DNA from: Rhodothermales bacterium
Lineage (GTDB): Bacteria > Bacteroidota > Rhodothermia > Rhodothermales > VXPQ01
Direction of reading: 5' to 3'
DNA: 11,758 nucleotides
Assembly (NCBI GenBank): GCA_040904565.1
Contig: JBBDTI010000006.1
Location: 1-11,758, forward strand
A model generated the notes under the pieces. The model ran no database searches and was not told the DNA's origin. It saw nothing but the letters and a program-made list of their open reading frames with translations. Positions within the stretch are counted from its first letter, which is position 1, and the number at the start of each line of letters is the position of its first letter. This document shows positions 1 through 7,313 of the stretch, piece after piece. Position numbers and translations under genes: made by a program.

Positions 1-16
1 GATCATCCGTTTGACC

Positions 17-1000
17 ATGAATTACCGAGCATTTGGACGCACAGGCTGGAAGGTCTCTGAAGTTGGTTTTGGGGCCTGGGCGATTGGCGGAGCCTGGGGC
101 GATGTGGACGATGATGAGTCCATTGCAGCGCTGCACCGAGCTATCGATCTCGGCGTGAATTTCATTGATACCGCGGATGTCTATGGGGATGGTCACAGCG
201 AGGAGTTGATCGCCAGGACACTGGCAGGGCACGACCGACGCATTTATGTGGCGACCAAAGCAGGACGTCGCTCCAATCCACATGTGGCCGAGAGCTATAC
301 GAAGAGGAATTTGACGGAGTATGTTGACCGTAGCCTCAAGAATCTGAATGCAGAAACGCTAGATTTGCTACAGCTTCACTGCCCACCTACGCCGGTCTAC
401 TATATGCCCGAGGCATTCGCGGCATTGGACGATCTGGTGCAGGCGGGCAAGATCCGGCACTACGGTGTCAGTGTAGAGAAGGTCGAGGAGGCGCTGAAGG
501 CCATTGAATATCCGAACGTGGTCTCGGTGCAGATTATCTTTAACATGTTTCGGCACCGCCCCGCCGAGTTGTTTTTTCAGGAAGCGAAGCGTCGCAACGT
601 GGCTGTGATCGTGCGCGTACCGCTGGCCAGCGGTTTGCTCACAGGCAAGATGAGCCTGGAGAGTACCTTTGCTCCCGACGATCACCGGCACTTTAACCGT
701 CACGGCGAAGCGTTCGATCGGGGAGAGACCTTCTCGGGCGTCGATTTCGAGAGCGGGCTGGCTGCGGTGGAAGAGCTACGGTCTATTGTGCCTGGGGACG
801 CTTCAATGGCCCAGCTGGCGCTGCGTTGGATCCTGATGTTTGATGCGGTCTCTGTAGTGATCCCTGGCGCCAAGCGGCCCCGGCAGGTTGAAGACAACGT
901 CGCCGCCTCCCAGCTGCCGCCACTCTCCGAGGAGCAGATGCAGAAGGTGCGGCAGGTCTACGACACGTACATTCGCGAACAGGTGCATCAACGCTGGTAG
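17..1000 (+). CDS. Aldo/keto reductase family oxidoreductase
   Basis: Typical AKR N-terminus (MNYRAFGRTGWKVSEVGFGAW). Catalytic-tetrad contexts FIDTADVYG, VATK and LLQLH are present, plus IPGAK near the C-terminus. ATG at 17 is preferred over TTG at 11. Confidence 0.95.
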   Translation: MNYRAFGRTGWKVSEVGFGAWAIGGAWGDVDDDESIAALHRAIDLGVNFIDTADVYGDGHSEELIARTLAGHDRRIYVATKAGRRSNPHVAESYTKRNLTEYVDRSLKNLNAETLDLLQLHCPPTPVYYMPEAFAALDDLVQAGKIRHYGVSVEKVEEALKAIEYPNVVSVQIIFNMFRHRPAELFFQEAKRRNVAVIVRVPLASGLLTGKMSLESTFAPDDHRHFNRHGEAFDRGETFSGVDFESGLAAVEELRSIVPGDASMAQLALRWILMFDAVSVVIPGAKRPRQVEDNVAASQLPPLSEEQMQKVRQVYDTYIREQVHQRW

Positions 1001-1047
1001 CGTGGACGGTGCCTTCTTCTTGAGCCGATCCAATCATTCAGACCGAA

Positions 1048-1950
1048 ATGCAAGTTCCAGACGATTTTCTGCGGGATGCGGAATCGCGCAACTGGCCGAG
1101 CCTCGACGAACTGAACGCCTGGCTTGCGGAAAAGACACGGCGCCATAATTCCAGTCCGCAGGAGGAGCTCGGAGGGCTTTCGCCCGATCAGGCGCGTCGA
1201 CTCCTGGACGGCGACTGGGAGACGCAGGGGCCGTTGACTCTCAATGCATCCTTGCAGCCGGCCGATCTGCGGTCCGCTCGGTTCGTCACCAATGCCCGGG
1301 GCTTTCTGTCGGCCATGGGAGACGCGGGCACGGTGAAGGCCACCTCCGCGGGCAATCTGAACCGGAAATTCGTCGCCGAGATGCTCGAGCGCCTGGATCT
1401 GGAATTCAGGTGGCTCGAGGTTCTTCAGAATTACAGGCGCGTCATCAACGAACAGGACGTATTCCCTCTTCACGCGCTTCGCGTTGTTCTCGACCTCGCG
1501 GGACTCATCAAGCGCCGCTCAGGCAAATTCTCCCTGACACGCAAAGGCAGTAGCCTCCTGAAGGAAGAGGTCTCGGGCGCGCTGTACGCGCATCTTTTTC
1601 GGACCTTTTTCCGTCGATTCAACCTGGCGTATCTGGACGGATGTCCTCCGAATCCCGCCCTCCAAAGCACGTTTCCCGTAACGCTGTACCGCATCGGCCG
1701 CGAAGGAGGACGCTGGGCTCGACCGAGGGAGCTTGCCGATCGGTCGCTGCATCCGGCTGCATTCGGCCAGGCATTCACCTGGAACGGCGAGGATTACGCG
1801 CATTCTCAATTCAAATTGCGGATCGTGCGGCCGCTCGAAGGCTTCGGACTTTTGGAACGGCGCGACATCCCATCGGAGAAGCCGTACCGATCCGAATTCG
1901 AGACGCGCAAGAGCGCGCTCTTCGACCGGTTTCTGCAGTTCGAATTTTGA
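1048..1950 (+). CDS. Conserved hypothetical protein (300 aa), function unknown
   Basis: Long ORF with protein-like composition and GC-rich third codon positions. Segments HNSSPQEELGGLSPDQ and VKATSAGNLNRKFV resemble uncharacterised island proteins as I recall them. No clear RBS. Confidence 0.8.
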   Translation: MQVPDDFLRDAESRNWPSLDELNAWLAEKTRRHNSSPQEELGGLSPDQARRLLDGDWETQGPLTLNASLQPADLRSARFVTNARGFLSAMGDAGTVKATSAGNLNRKFVAEMLERLDLEFRWLEVLQNYRRVINEQDVFPLHALRVVLDLAGLIKRRSGKFSLTRKGSSLLKEEVSGALYAHLFRTFFRRFNLAYLDGCPPNPALQSTFPVTLYRIGREGGRWARPRELADRSLHPAAFGQAFTWNGEDYAHSQFKLRIVRPLEGFGLLERRDIPSEKPYRSEFETRKSALFDRFLQFEF

Positions 1951-1961
1951 TGGTGCCTGCT

Positions 1962-2120
1962 GATCGGAGGTGCTCGTGTTCGCGGGTACGTGAAGGCGCT
2001 CATAGATGAGGATCATACTTCTTGAGGCGGCAAGTAATCGCGCACCAGATCTTGAAGTGCTCATCCCGGAGGTAAAGCGACAAGCATAGTCTGCTCGGCC
2101 AGGTGCCGCTGATCCGCGAG
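1962..2120 (+). pseudogene. Collapsed DUF433 antitoxin / DUF5615 PIN-like toxin TA remnant
   Basis: EVL-VFAGT* (1967-1993) resembles DUF433 DPEVLGGTPVFAGT. Its TGA overlaps GTG-KALIDE (1990-2010), like a DUF5615 start MKxLLDE. A shifted frame then gives RIILLEAASNRAPDLEVLIPEVKRQA*SARPG, like a DUF5615 C-terminus. Confidence 0.6.
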
Positions 2121-2128
2121 TCCACGAT

Positions 2129-2167
2129 TTCGAACCGAAACCGAATTGTGCTACATTGTGTATACAA
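2129..2167 (+). promoter_or_regulatory. Putative sigma70 promoter and autorepression operator of the dinJ-yafQ operon
   Basis: TTCGAA (2129-2134), a 17-bp spacer, then TACATT (2152-2157) with an upstream TG (extended -10). It is overlapped by the imperfect palindrome TTGTGCTACATTGTGTATACAA (2146-2167). Confidence 0.5.
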
Positions 2168-2197
2168 CGTGACACGGAAGTAGCAATGAGGTAAATC

Positions 2198-2455
2198 ATG
2201 GCGAAGTCAGGTCATGTTTCGGCTCGTATCGACGAGACGGACAAAGAACAGGCTGAAGCAGTATTCGAAAAGCTCGGCATCTCTGCTTCTCAAGCCATCT
2301 CGATGTTCTATAAGCAGGTCCGCCTCCGTAGGGGAATACCTTTCCCTGTCGAGTTGCCAAACGAGACGACGGCGCAGGCCATACAGGATGCGAGAGAGGG
2401 TAAGGTGCGCTCGTACGACTCGCTTGATGAGCTCAAGTCGAAGCTCTCTGGCTAG
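2198..2455 (+). CDS. dinJ: RelB/DinJ family antitoxin
   Basis: SARIDETDKEQAEAVFEKLGISASQAISMFYKQV..RGIPF..PNETT..AI..YDSLDEL is the canonical RelB/DinJ pattern. RBS GAGGT precedes the ATG, and a YafQ-like start follows directly. Confidence 0.92.
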   Translation: MAKSGHVSARIDETDKEQAEAVFEKLGISASQAISMFYKQVRLRRGIPFPVELPNETTAQAIQDAREGKVRSYDSLDELKSKLSG

Positions 2456-2554
2456 ATGCTGAGCATCAACACTACTTCGCAATTTGAGAGCGACTTTCGG
2501 CGAATGGTGCGCTCCGGCAGCGATCCATCGCTAACAAGCCGACACCCCCATTGA
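2456..2554 (+). pseudogene. yafQ: Truncated YafQ-family (RelE superfamily) toxin, N-terminal ~21 aa only
   Basis: ATG immediately after the antitoxin TAG. MLSINTTSQFESDFRRMVRSG matches the YafQ N-terminal TxxFxxDxKR..RG pattern. The sequence then diverges and stops after 32 aa. Confidence 0.75.
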
Positions 2555-2571
2555 TGTATTACACTGCATCA
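2552..2571 (+). promoter_or_regulatory. Putative operator palindrome upstream of the RHH antitoxin
   Basis: TGATGTA-ttacac-TGCATCA inverted repeat (1 mismatch), ending 17 bp before the ATG at 2589. Confidence 0.4.
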
Positions 2572-2588
2572 CAACTTGGGGATATGCC

Positions 2589-2807
2589 ATGAAAACAGCG
2601 ATTACGGTACGTTTGGATCCTGCTCTTCAAAAGCGGCTTGACTCCGTCTCTGAAATGACCGGCCAGTCCAGATCAGATATTGTACGAGGTGCCTTACGAC
2701 GCCAATTGTCGATTCTTGCGTTCGAGAAACATCGCAGGATAGCCATGCCGTTCGCCGAGTCTCGCGGCTTTCTGACGGACGAGGACGTATTCCGTGAGGT
2801 GTCTTGA
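2589..2807 (+). CDS. CopG-like ribbon-helix-helix antitoxin
   Basis: MKTAITVRLDPALQKRLD..GQSRSDIVRGALRRQL is an RHH pattern. The C-terminus ..GFLTDEDVF is typical of antitoxins paired with PIN toxins. Its stop overlaps the next start (TTGA). Confidence 0.88.
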   Translation: MKTAITVRLDPALQKRLDSVSEMTGQSRSDIVRGALRRQLSILAFEKHRRIAMPFAESRGFLTDEDVFREVS

Positions 2808-3004
2808 GGGGCGCAAAAGTTGACACTTCTATGGACGTCATCAGGGATCCCGATGATCGGTCTGTGGTCGCAGCCGCAATCGAAGGAGGCTGCAAGATTC
2901 TTGTTACCGGAGACCGAGACATCCTTGACGTACGCGACCAGATTGATGGCCTTCATGCGAAGACTCCTCGTGAATACTGGGAGTCGATTCGGGCGGGTGA
3001 ATGA
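2804..3004 (+). pseudogene. PIN-family toxin (TIGR00305-like) lacking its N-terminal half
   Basis: Keeps the coupled TTG start and the C-terminal motif RDPDD..AA..G...LVTGDRDIL. It is only 66 aa and lacks a recognisable VxDTNV strand and the following helices. Confidence 0.75.
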
Positions 3005-3121
3005 CGAGAGCAAATCACGACTAGCGATCGAATGGCCGGACGCCTGAAAGTTCGCCTCGAAACAAATGTAGTTACGAACGCAGAAATGTAGTCATCTTTC
3101 CACATCGTGACTGGAGCTGTT

Positions 3122-3397
3122 ATGCGGATGAACGAGGTCGGAATCCGGGAACTAAAGACGCATCTCAGTGCATTTCTTCGCCGTGTGCAGCGAGGCGAAA
3201 GCCTGACTGTCACAGACCGAGGTACACCGGTTGCACGGATCGTGCCGGCCGACGTGTCCACGCGCGAAGCGATGGCCGCGCTGCAAGAAGCAGGTATTCT
3301 CGAGTGGAGCGGTGAGACATTCGCGCCGCAAAAACCAGCTGCAGCGGTGAAGAATCATGCCTCGGTCGCCGATCTGCTGCTGGAGGACCGGCGGTGA
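3122..3397 (+). CDS. Phd/YefM (prevent-host-death) family antitoxin
   Basis: VGIRELKTHLSAFLRRVQRGESLTVTDRGTPVARIVP is the Phd motif, with C-terminal VADLLLEDR. GGAG RBS lies before ATG 3122 (ATG 3128 is an alternative). Confidence 0.92.
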   Translation: MRMNEVGIRELKTHLSAFLRRVQRGESLTVTDRGTPVARIVPADVSTREAMAALQEAGILEWSGETFAPQKPAAAVKNHASVADLLLEDRR

Positions 3398-3522
3398 ATC
3401 TCTATCTCGACGCGAGCGCGCTCGTGAAAGAGTACCTCGTTAACGAGCCGGGTTCACGCGATGTGGCCGCGGCGCGCCGCGAGGCCGACCTGGTTGGTAC
3501 GTCTGCGATCAGTCGTACCGAA
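3394..3522 (+). pseudogene. vapC: VapC-type PIN toxin, N-terminal 43 aa only
   Basis: GTGA overlap with the antitoxin stop. MNLYLDASALVKEY..EPGS..VGTSAISRTE is a VapC N-terminus, but the downstream LRxxDAxH motif is absent. The rest of the 159-aa ORF is unrelated or antisense sequence. Confidence 0.8.
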
Positions 3523-3607
3523 TTTTTGGAGGCCGCTTCTTTCTATGAGCTGGAGGTCGAGTGGCTCGAGACGTTTTGTGGTAATCGCTCCCGGCGGAAA
3601 ACGTCGG
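3520..3607 (+). pseudogene. ParE/RelE-family toxin remnant fused in frame to the vapC fragment
   Basis: EFLEAASFYELEVEWL resembles the ParE N-terminal helix AxxEFxEAxxYYExxxxGLG. The shifted-frame FVVIAPGGKRR resembles the C-terminal IVAVAHxxRR. Confidence 0.5.
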
Positions 3608-3622
3608 ACGTTCAGCCCGTCC

Positions 3623-4045
3623 TCAATGTACCGGCCAGAATAGCTCCATCGATTCAATCGTATCGAGACACGCTTCCACAGTCAGTCCGGAAAAGACTTC
3701 GCACCACTGGTCGGTATGCCTCTTATAGGCGAGATGAAAGCGCCCGCCGCCGGCATATTCGAGGCGTGTGGTCTGAACCTCGAAAAAGTCGCCCTCTCGC
3801 CGTTCTCGGTATTTTGCGCAGAAATAGAAGTATCGTCCCCTCCATTTCGTGTAGACCCCTAACGGATAGTTGAAGTCGTGCTGCTTCGCTTCTTCGGTGC
3901 GGACAGCCACGACCGGATTAAATGTCGCTTCGATGAGGTTCTGTGCCGACGCGTCGAGCGACAGCTTGAGCACTTGAGGTACAGTCTCTCGTTTTTTCGG
4001 GCTCACGATCGATGATTGTCTCTTTCTGGATTTCGACGTCCACAA
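3623..4045 (-). CDS. Conserved hypothetical protein, DUF3024-like C-terminal region
   Basis: FNYPLGVYTKWRGRYFYFCAKY..RLEY.G.GRFHLAYKRHTDQW..LTVEACLDTI..FWP is a recognisable conserved pattern. The start is uncertain (TTG 4045 or GTG 4006). The longer 4258 start overlaps the neighbouring gene. Confidence 0.75.
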   Translation of the reverse strand: MWTSKSRKRQSSIVSPKKRETVPQVLKLSLDASAQNLIEATFNPVVAVRTEEAKQHDFNYPLGVYTKWRGRYFYFCAKYRERREGDFFEVQTTRLEYAGGGRFHLAYKRHTDQWCEVFSGLTVEACLDTIESMELFWPVH

Positions 4046-4070
4046 ACCTAATTTAATTGCCGCTGCGACG

Positions 4071-4664
4071 TTATGGAAGGTACTCGGCCCACTCGGGGCA
4101 GCGCTGCAGAATGAACCGCGCCAGCCCCTCCGTCCTTTCGGCGTCGTCGGTTCGTTCCCGCCAACGTCTGAGGAGGTCGCCTGCCAACTCCACCGGAACG
4201 TCTTCGATCCAATCCTTGAAATCCGACGTACCGTCCTGCTCGTATTGATACAGACCAAGAATGACGCCGCGCGTGTAGGTATCCATGGCGTCCGGCATCC
4301 CGAGGCCGTAGTAGCGCATCGCCTTCTCGACGTACGGTTCGAGGATTTCCGCTACGGTATCGTACGCAGCTTGCGAAGCTTCCACATATCCTCCGTGCCG
4401 GTTCCTTCCTGCGTGGCGGAGGCCGTACTCCATGTCGATGGTGTCGAGCTCATCAAAAAGGCCGTCGGATATGTCATCCTCGTCGGCACATTCGCCGTCG
4501 CCACGATCCGCCGGCGCGGACCAGGAGATTGCCTCGAGACGACGGTTAACGGCATCGACGTCAAAATTTTCCGCATCAAATGTATTGTCAATCCAAGCCG
4601 CCCACCGCTCATACCGCGGGTGCATCGGATCGCCGACTATCTTGCCCAGCGCCGCGACGAGCCG
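4071..4664 (-). pseudogene. 5'-truncated gene: C-terminal tail of a pRiA4b ORF-3-like domain plus an acidic helical domain of unknown function
   Basis: DPMHPRYERWAAWIDNTFDAENFDVDAVNRRL matches the end of pRiA4b ORF-3 domains (DPxHPxxxE..W..FDxExFDxxxVNxxL). About 150 aa of protein-like sequence follows (GYVE..EPY..GLYQYE..SDFKDW). The upstream part of the 287-aa ORF is an off-frame reading of the DUF3368 gene. Confidence 0.7.
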
Positions 4665-4692
4665 AATACTCCTGTGCGTCGCACTGGCGATT

Positions 4693-5022
4693 CTACGTTT
4701 CGTCTGCCGATTTCCTGGCAGCCAGGTCGTCCACGACGGCGATCCAGTCAGGATGCCGGAGTGCCCACGACAGAACGGCCGTCTCGCCGCGGCCCAGATC
4801 CCAGGCGACGACGTCGGATGCTTCATCCTGGGTCGCCCGCACGTATTCGCTGCCGATCTCCCGTAACCAACGCCGGGCCGGGTCGTCGTCTGGTCCAGCA
4901 TTGACCTCTTCGGCGACGGCTGCGGGAATGACAAGGGTATCCATCAGCTCCGTCAGCAGGTGGATGTGATCGACTTTCGCCAACAGGATGAGTGGAGACG
5001 CGTTAACGACCCATTTACGCAT
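4693..5022 (-). pseudogene. DUF3368-type PIN toxin, C-terminally truncated (109 aa)
   Basis: VVNASPLI.L, IP.AV.EE, LGRGE.AVL and VVDDLAARK are all present. The ORF stops right after, lacking the GTLGxL..AK C-terminal extension typical of the family. Confidence 0.8.
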
Positions 5023-5290
5023 CGCTGCTCCTGCTCAGAGCGGTCTTCACCTCGTCGCCCAATTCCTCTGGTCGAGACTGAATCGGACTCACATCGAATC
5101 TTGAGAGCGCCCCGACGAATTCTGCCCGGCTGAGGCCGGCCAGCTCGGCGGCTTTCCCCTGTGATATTCGGCCGATTTCATACCACTTGACAGCGGCCGC
5201 TAGCCGCAGTTCGCGACCGAATTCCTCCGGCGAGGTCCGGAGGATTGAGAACACGTTTTCGGGAAATTCGAGCTTGAGCGTCTTTGGCAT
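5015..5290 (-). CDS. UPF0175 family antitoxin
   Basis: FGRELRLAAAVKWYEIGRISQGKAAELAGLSRAEF is the UPF0175 HTH pattern. GGAGG lies upstream of ATG 5290, and the 3' end overlaps the DUF3368 start. Confidence 0.92.
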   Translation of the reverse strand: MPKTLKLEFPENVFSILRTSPEEFGRELRLAAAVKWYEIGRISQGKAAELAGLSRAEFVGALSRFDVSPIQSRPEELGDEVKTALSRSSDA

Positions 5291-5357
5291 GGCGACTGCG
5301 CCTCCGTTTGGAACGTGAATCAATAAAACGCATTGAGGGCCACTCTAGTTGCCAACC

Positions 5358-5386
5358 ATTCTACGGCCGGAGGTCGTGCCGGCTAA
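5358..5386 (-). promoter_or_regulatory. Putative sigma70 promoter for the UPF0175-DUF3368 operon
   Basis: Minus strand reads TTAGCC, 17 bp, TAGAAT. The -35 box is weak. Confidence 0.35.
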
Positions 5387-5389
5387 AGC

Positions 5390-6882
5390 TCATACGTCCT
5401 CAAACGTCAACTGAGCGCGTAGCGCACCGGGATCGACGTTTGCCTCGACGTAGTGTAATGCCTCGACGGCTGCCTCACGCGACATGCGCGTGGGCATGCC
5501 CGGCGACAGCTTTTTGAGGTTCAGCAGCAGAGCAGCGACTTCCGGATTAGCCGTCAAAGCCTCGTCGAGCACGTCATTCGATGCGTCGCAGACGCCGTCT
5601 AGGCGAAAAAGCGTGAGGGCCCACGTGTAGAGCCAGTCGGTCGAATCGTCGTCGTCGAAATCCATGAGCAGTTCCTCCACTTCCTCCTCTTCTTCCATGT
5701 CGAGGAGGTAGCCCGCCAGGAGATACCGATTACCCTGCAGGTCATCTTCATTCAGGCGAATAAGGTCCCACAGGTGTTCGACGGCGACCTCGCGCTCGCC
5801 GAGTTCTCAGAGCGTGTGCGCCAGTCCCGCCCTCGCGCGCATGTACGGCCGCGTCTCGACACGGCCCCAGAATTTCCCCTCCCATTCCTCGAACGCTGTC
5901 TCACCCAGAGCCCGCTCGCCGGCGGCAACGCCCTGTTCATAGTACGCCAGCGCTTCCTCGAGCGTGGCCGCCGCCGACTCGGCGAGCGCGACTTACGCAT
6001 CGGCGCAATCCGGCGATAGGGCGAGGGCCTCACGGGCCATACGCTCGGCCTCCTCGCGCGACGACGCATCGAATGCACGGTCGACCACGTCCTGTGCCTG
6101 CACGAGCGGATCGTCACCTGGGTCGAACTCGGGCACCAATCCACGCTCCATGAGGGACTCGAGAAAGTCGTTGGCCTCGTCGGAGCCGTCGAACTCGCGC
6201 TCATCGATCAGGCGCTGGATGGCCCGCATCGTGCGCTCGGCCTGGCGATGAATAGCCGGAGGTGCAAGCGAGGCACCGCTCCCATGAGACGATTCTTTCG
6301 GCGCTCGCTTCGCCGCACGCATGTGCTTCGGGGCGATACGCCCCAGCCGCTCGTTGACGTGGTCGAGGTCGACGGCCTCAGGATCGTACCACGACCAGTC
6401 GAACGGGTCACCCCATTCGTCATCCGATGCGTCGTCGGAGGGTGCGTCGAGCGACTCGATGATCTCCTCGTAACCGAGCACACCGCCGACGTCCTCGGGC
6501 GGACATGCTCGAGCGCCTTCGGTGCATCGGGGTACTTCCCCCGCTTCCTCCGGCGGCAGAATGTCCTCCAGGCGCACCTAGTGCCGCCAGTGATCGCCCC
6601 AGTCGTAGACGTATTCGAGCGCATCTCCGGCCTTCTTGAGCACGTCGCTTACGGGGATGTACGGCTCATCCGCTTCGTCGATGGCGCGGCCTCGACGGGA
6701 TGACGTGCGAACGGTGAATCCGTGGAGATGCGAAAACGTCCATCCCATCGCCGTCTCTATCACGACGTCCAGCGCTCGAGCGAGGCATCGGCGGGAACGA
6801 TGACTCGGCGCCAGACGGGGCTCTCGATGTCTTCGAGCTCGATGCGGAGCTGATATGCGGTGGGATTGCTGGAACGACTCAT
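5390..6882 (-). pseudogene. pRiA4b ORF-3-like domain plus TPR-like helical domain protein, disrupted
   Basis: pRiA4b motifs: YQLRIEL..PVWRR..VP, AMGW..SHLH.F, YVYDWGDHW.H and RACPPEDVGG. Helical C-terminal domain: ALALSPDCADA, FWGRVETRPYMRAR and LNEDDLQGNRY. Lesions: 1-nt frameshift near 6774 and in-frame TAG (6578-6580), TAA (5993-5995) and TGA (5807-5809). Confidence 0.9.
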
Positions 6883-6941
6883 GGTGGGATCTTCGGAAGT
6901 CGACGTCGTGCTGTGGTGGGAAGGACGTACCGATTGCCGTG

Positions 6942-6981
6942 TTAGCGGGTGGGACCCCGGCTTAACGGGTGGGACCCCGGC
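6942..6981 (+). repeat. Tandem direct repeat, 2 x 20 bp
   Basis: TTAGCGGGTGGGACCCCGGC (6942-6961) and TTAACGGGTGGGACCCCGGC (6962-6981) are 19/20 identical. Confidence 0.9.
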
Positions 6982-7047
6982 AGCCGGAACCGGCCACGAC
7001 CGGGTAGGGATCAACATAGGAATTGCGGCGACGCTGCAACATGCGGT

Positions 7048-7230
7048 TCATCAACAACTTATGGACACATTATCTACACGTCCGCTCGCGAGGGACCGAC
7101 TGAACACGTCCGCTAGTGAGGATCCGACTGCGCGCACCTGGCTTTTTTAAGACGCCTCGACGCCGTTCTATGCGCCTGTTCGCCGGACGACCCCCGGGAT
7201 GTGGATACGCTGTGTACAATTCGTGAGAAA
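7048..7230. promoter_or_regulatory. Two inverted arrays of DnaA-box-like 9-mers at 11-bp spacing
   Basis: TCATCAACA (7048), TTATGGACA (7059) and TTATCTACA (7070) face one way. TGTGGATAC (7200), TGTGTACAA (7211) and weak CGTGAGAAA (7222) face the other. Each has 1-2 mismatches to TTWTNCACA. Confidence 0.45.
7076..7130 (+). repeat. Imperfect tandem direct repeat, 2 x 27 bp (28-bp period)
   Basis: ACACGTCCGCTCGCGAGGGACCGACTG (7076-7102) and ACACGTCCGCTAGTGAGGATCCGACTG (7104-7130) are 23/27 identical. Confidence 0.85.
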
Positions 7231-7313
7231 GTTCGCCTGTCCGTTCCTTCGAATTTGCCGTTCTCTTCGCGATACTTGGACGTACGGAACTCAAGTTTTG
7301 TGAGACGGACGAC

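Noticed and set aside
2997-3047. Short frame VNDESKSRLAIEWPDA as a HEPN N-terminal remnant
   Set aside because: Too short and too weakly similar to support.
3064-3092. AAATGTAGT direct repeat (20-bp period) upstream of phd
   Set aside because: It may be operator half-sites, but a 9-bp pair is not enough to call a feature.
3394-3873. Full-length 159-aa VapC
   Set aside because: Only the first 43 aa are PIN-like. The remainder is a ParE-like fragment and the antisense strand of the 3623-4045 gene.
5807-6580. Stop-codon recoding or programmed readthrough in the pRiA4b-TPR gene
   Set aside because: All three stop types plus a frameshift occur in one gene, and TAG and TGA terminate intact genes elsewhere in the window. 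Pseudogenisation is the simpler explanation.
2528-6950. Integron cassette array (GCTAAC near 2530, GTTAGC near 6941)
   Set aside because: No paired R''/R' boxes forming attC hairpins at gene ends, no repeated attC, mixed gene orientation and no intI.
6942-7130. CRISPR array
   Set aside because: Each repeat has only two adjacent copies with no unique spacers, and there are no cas genes.
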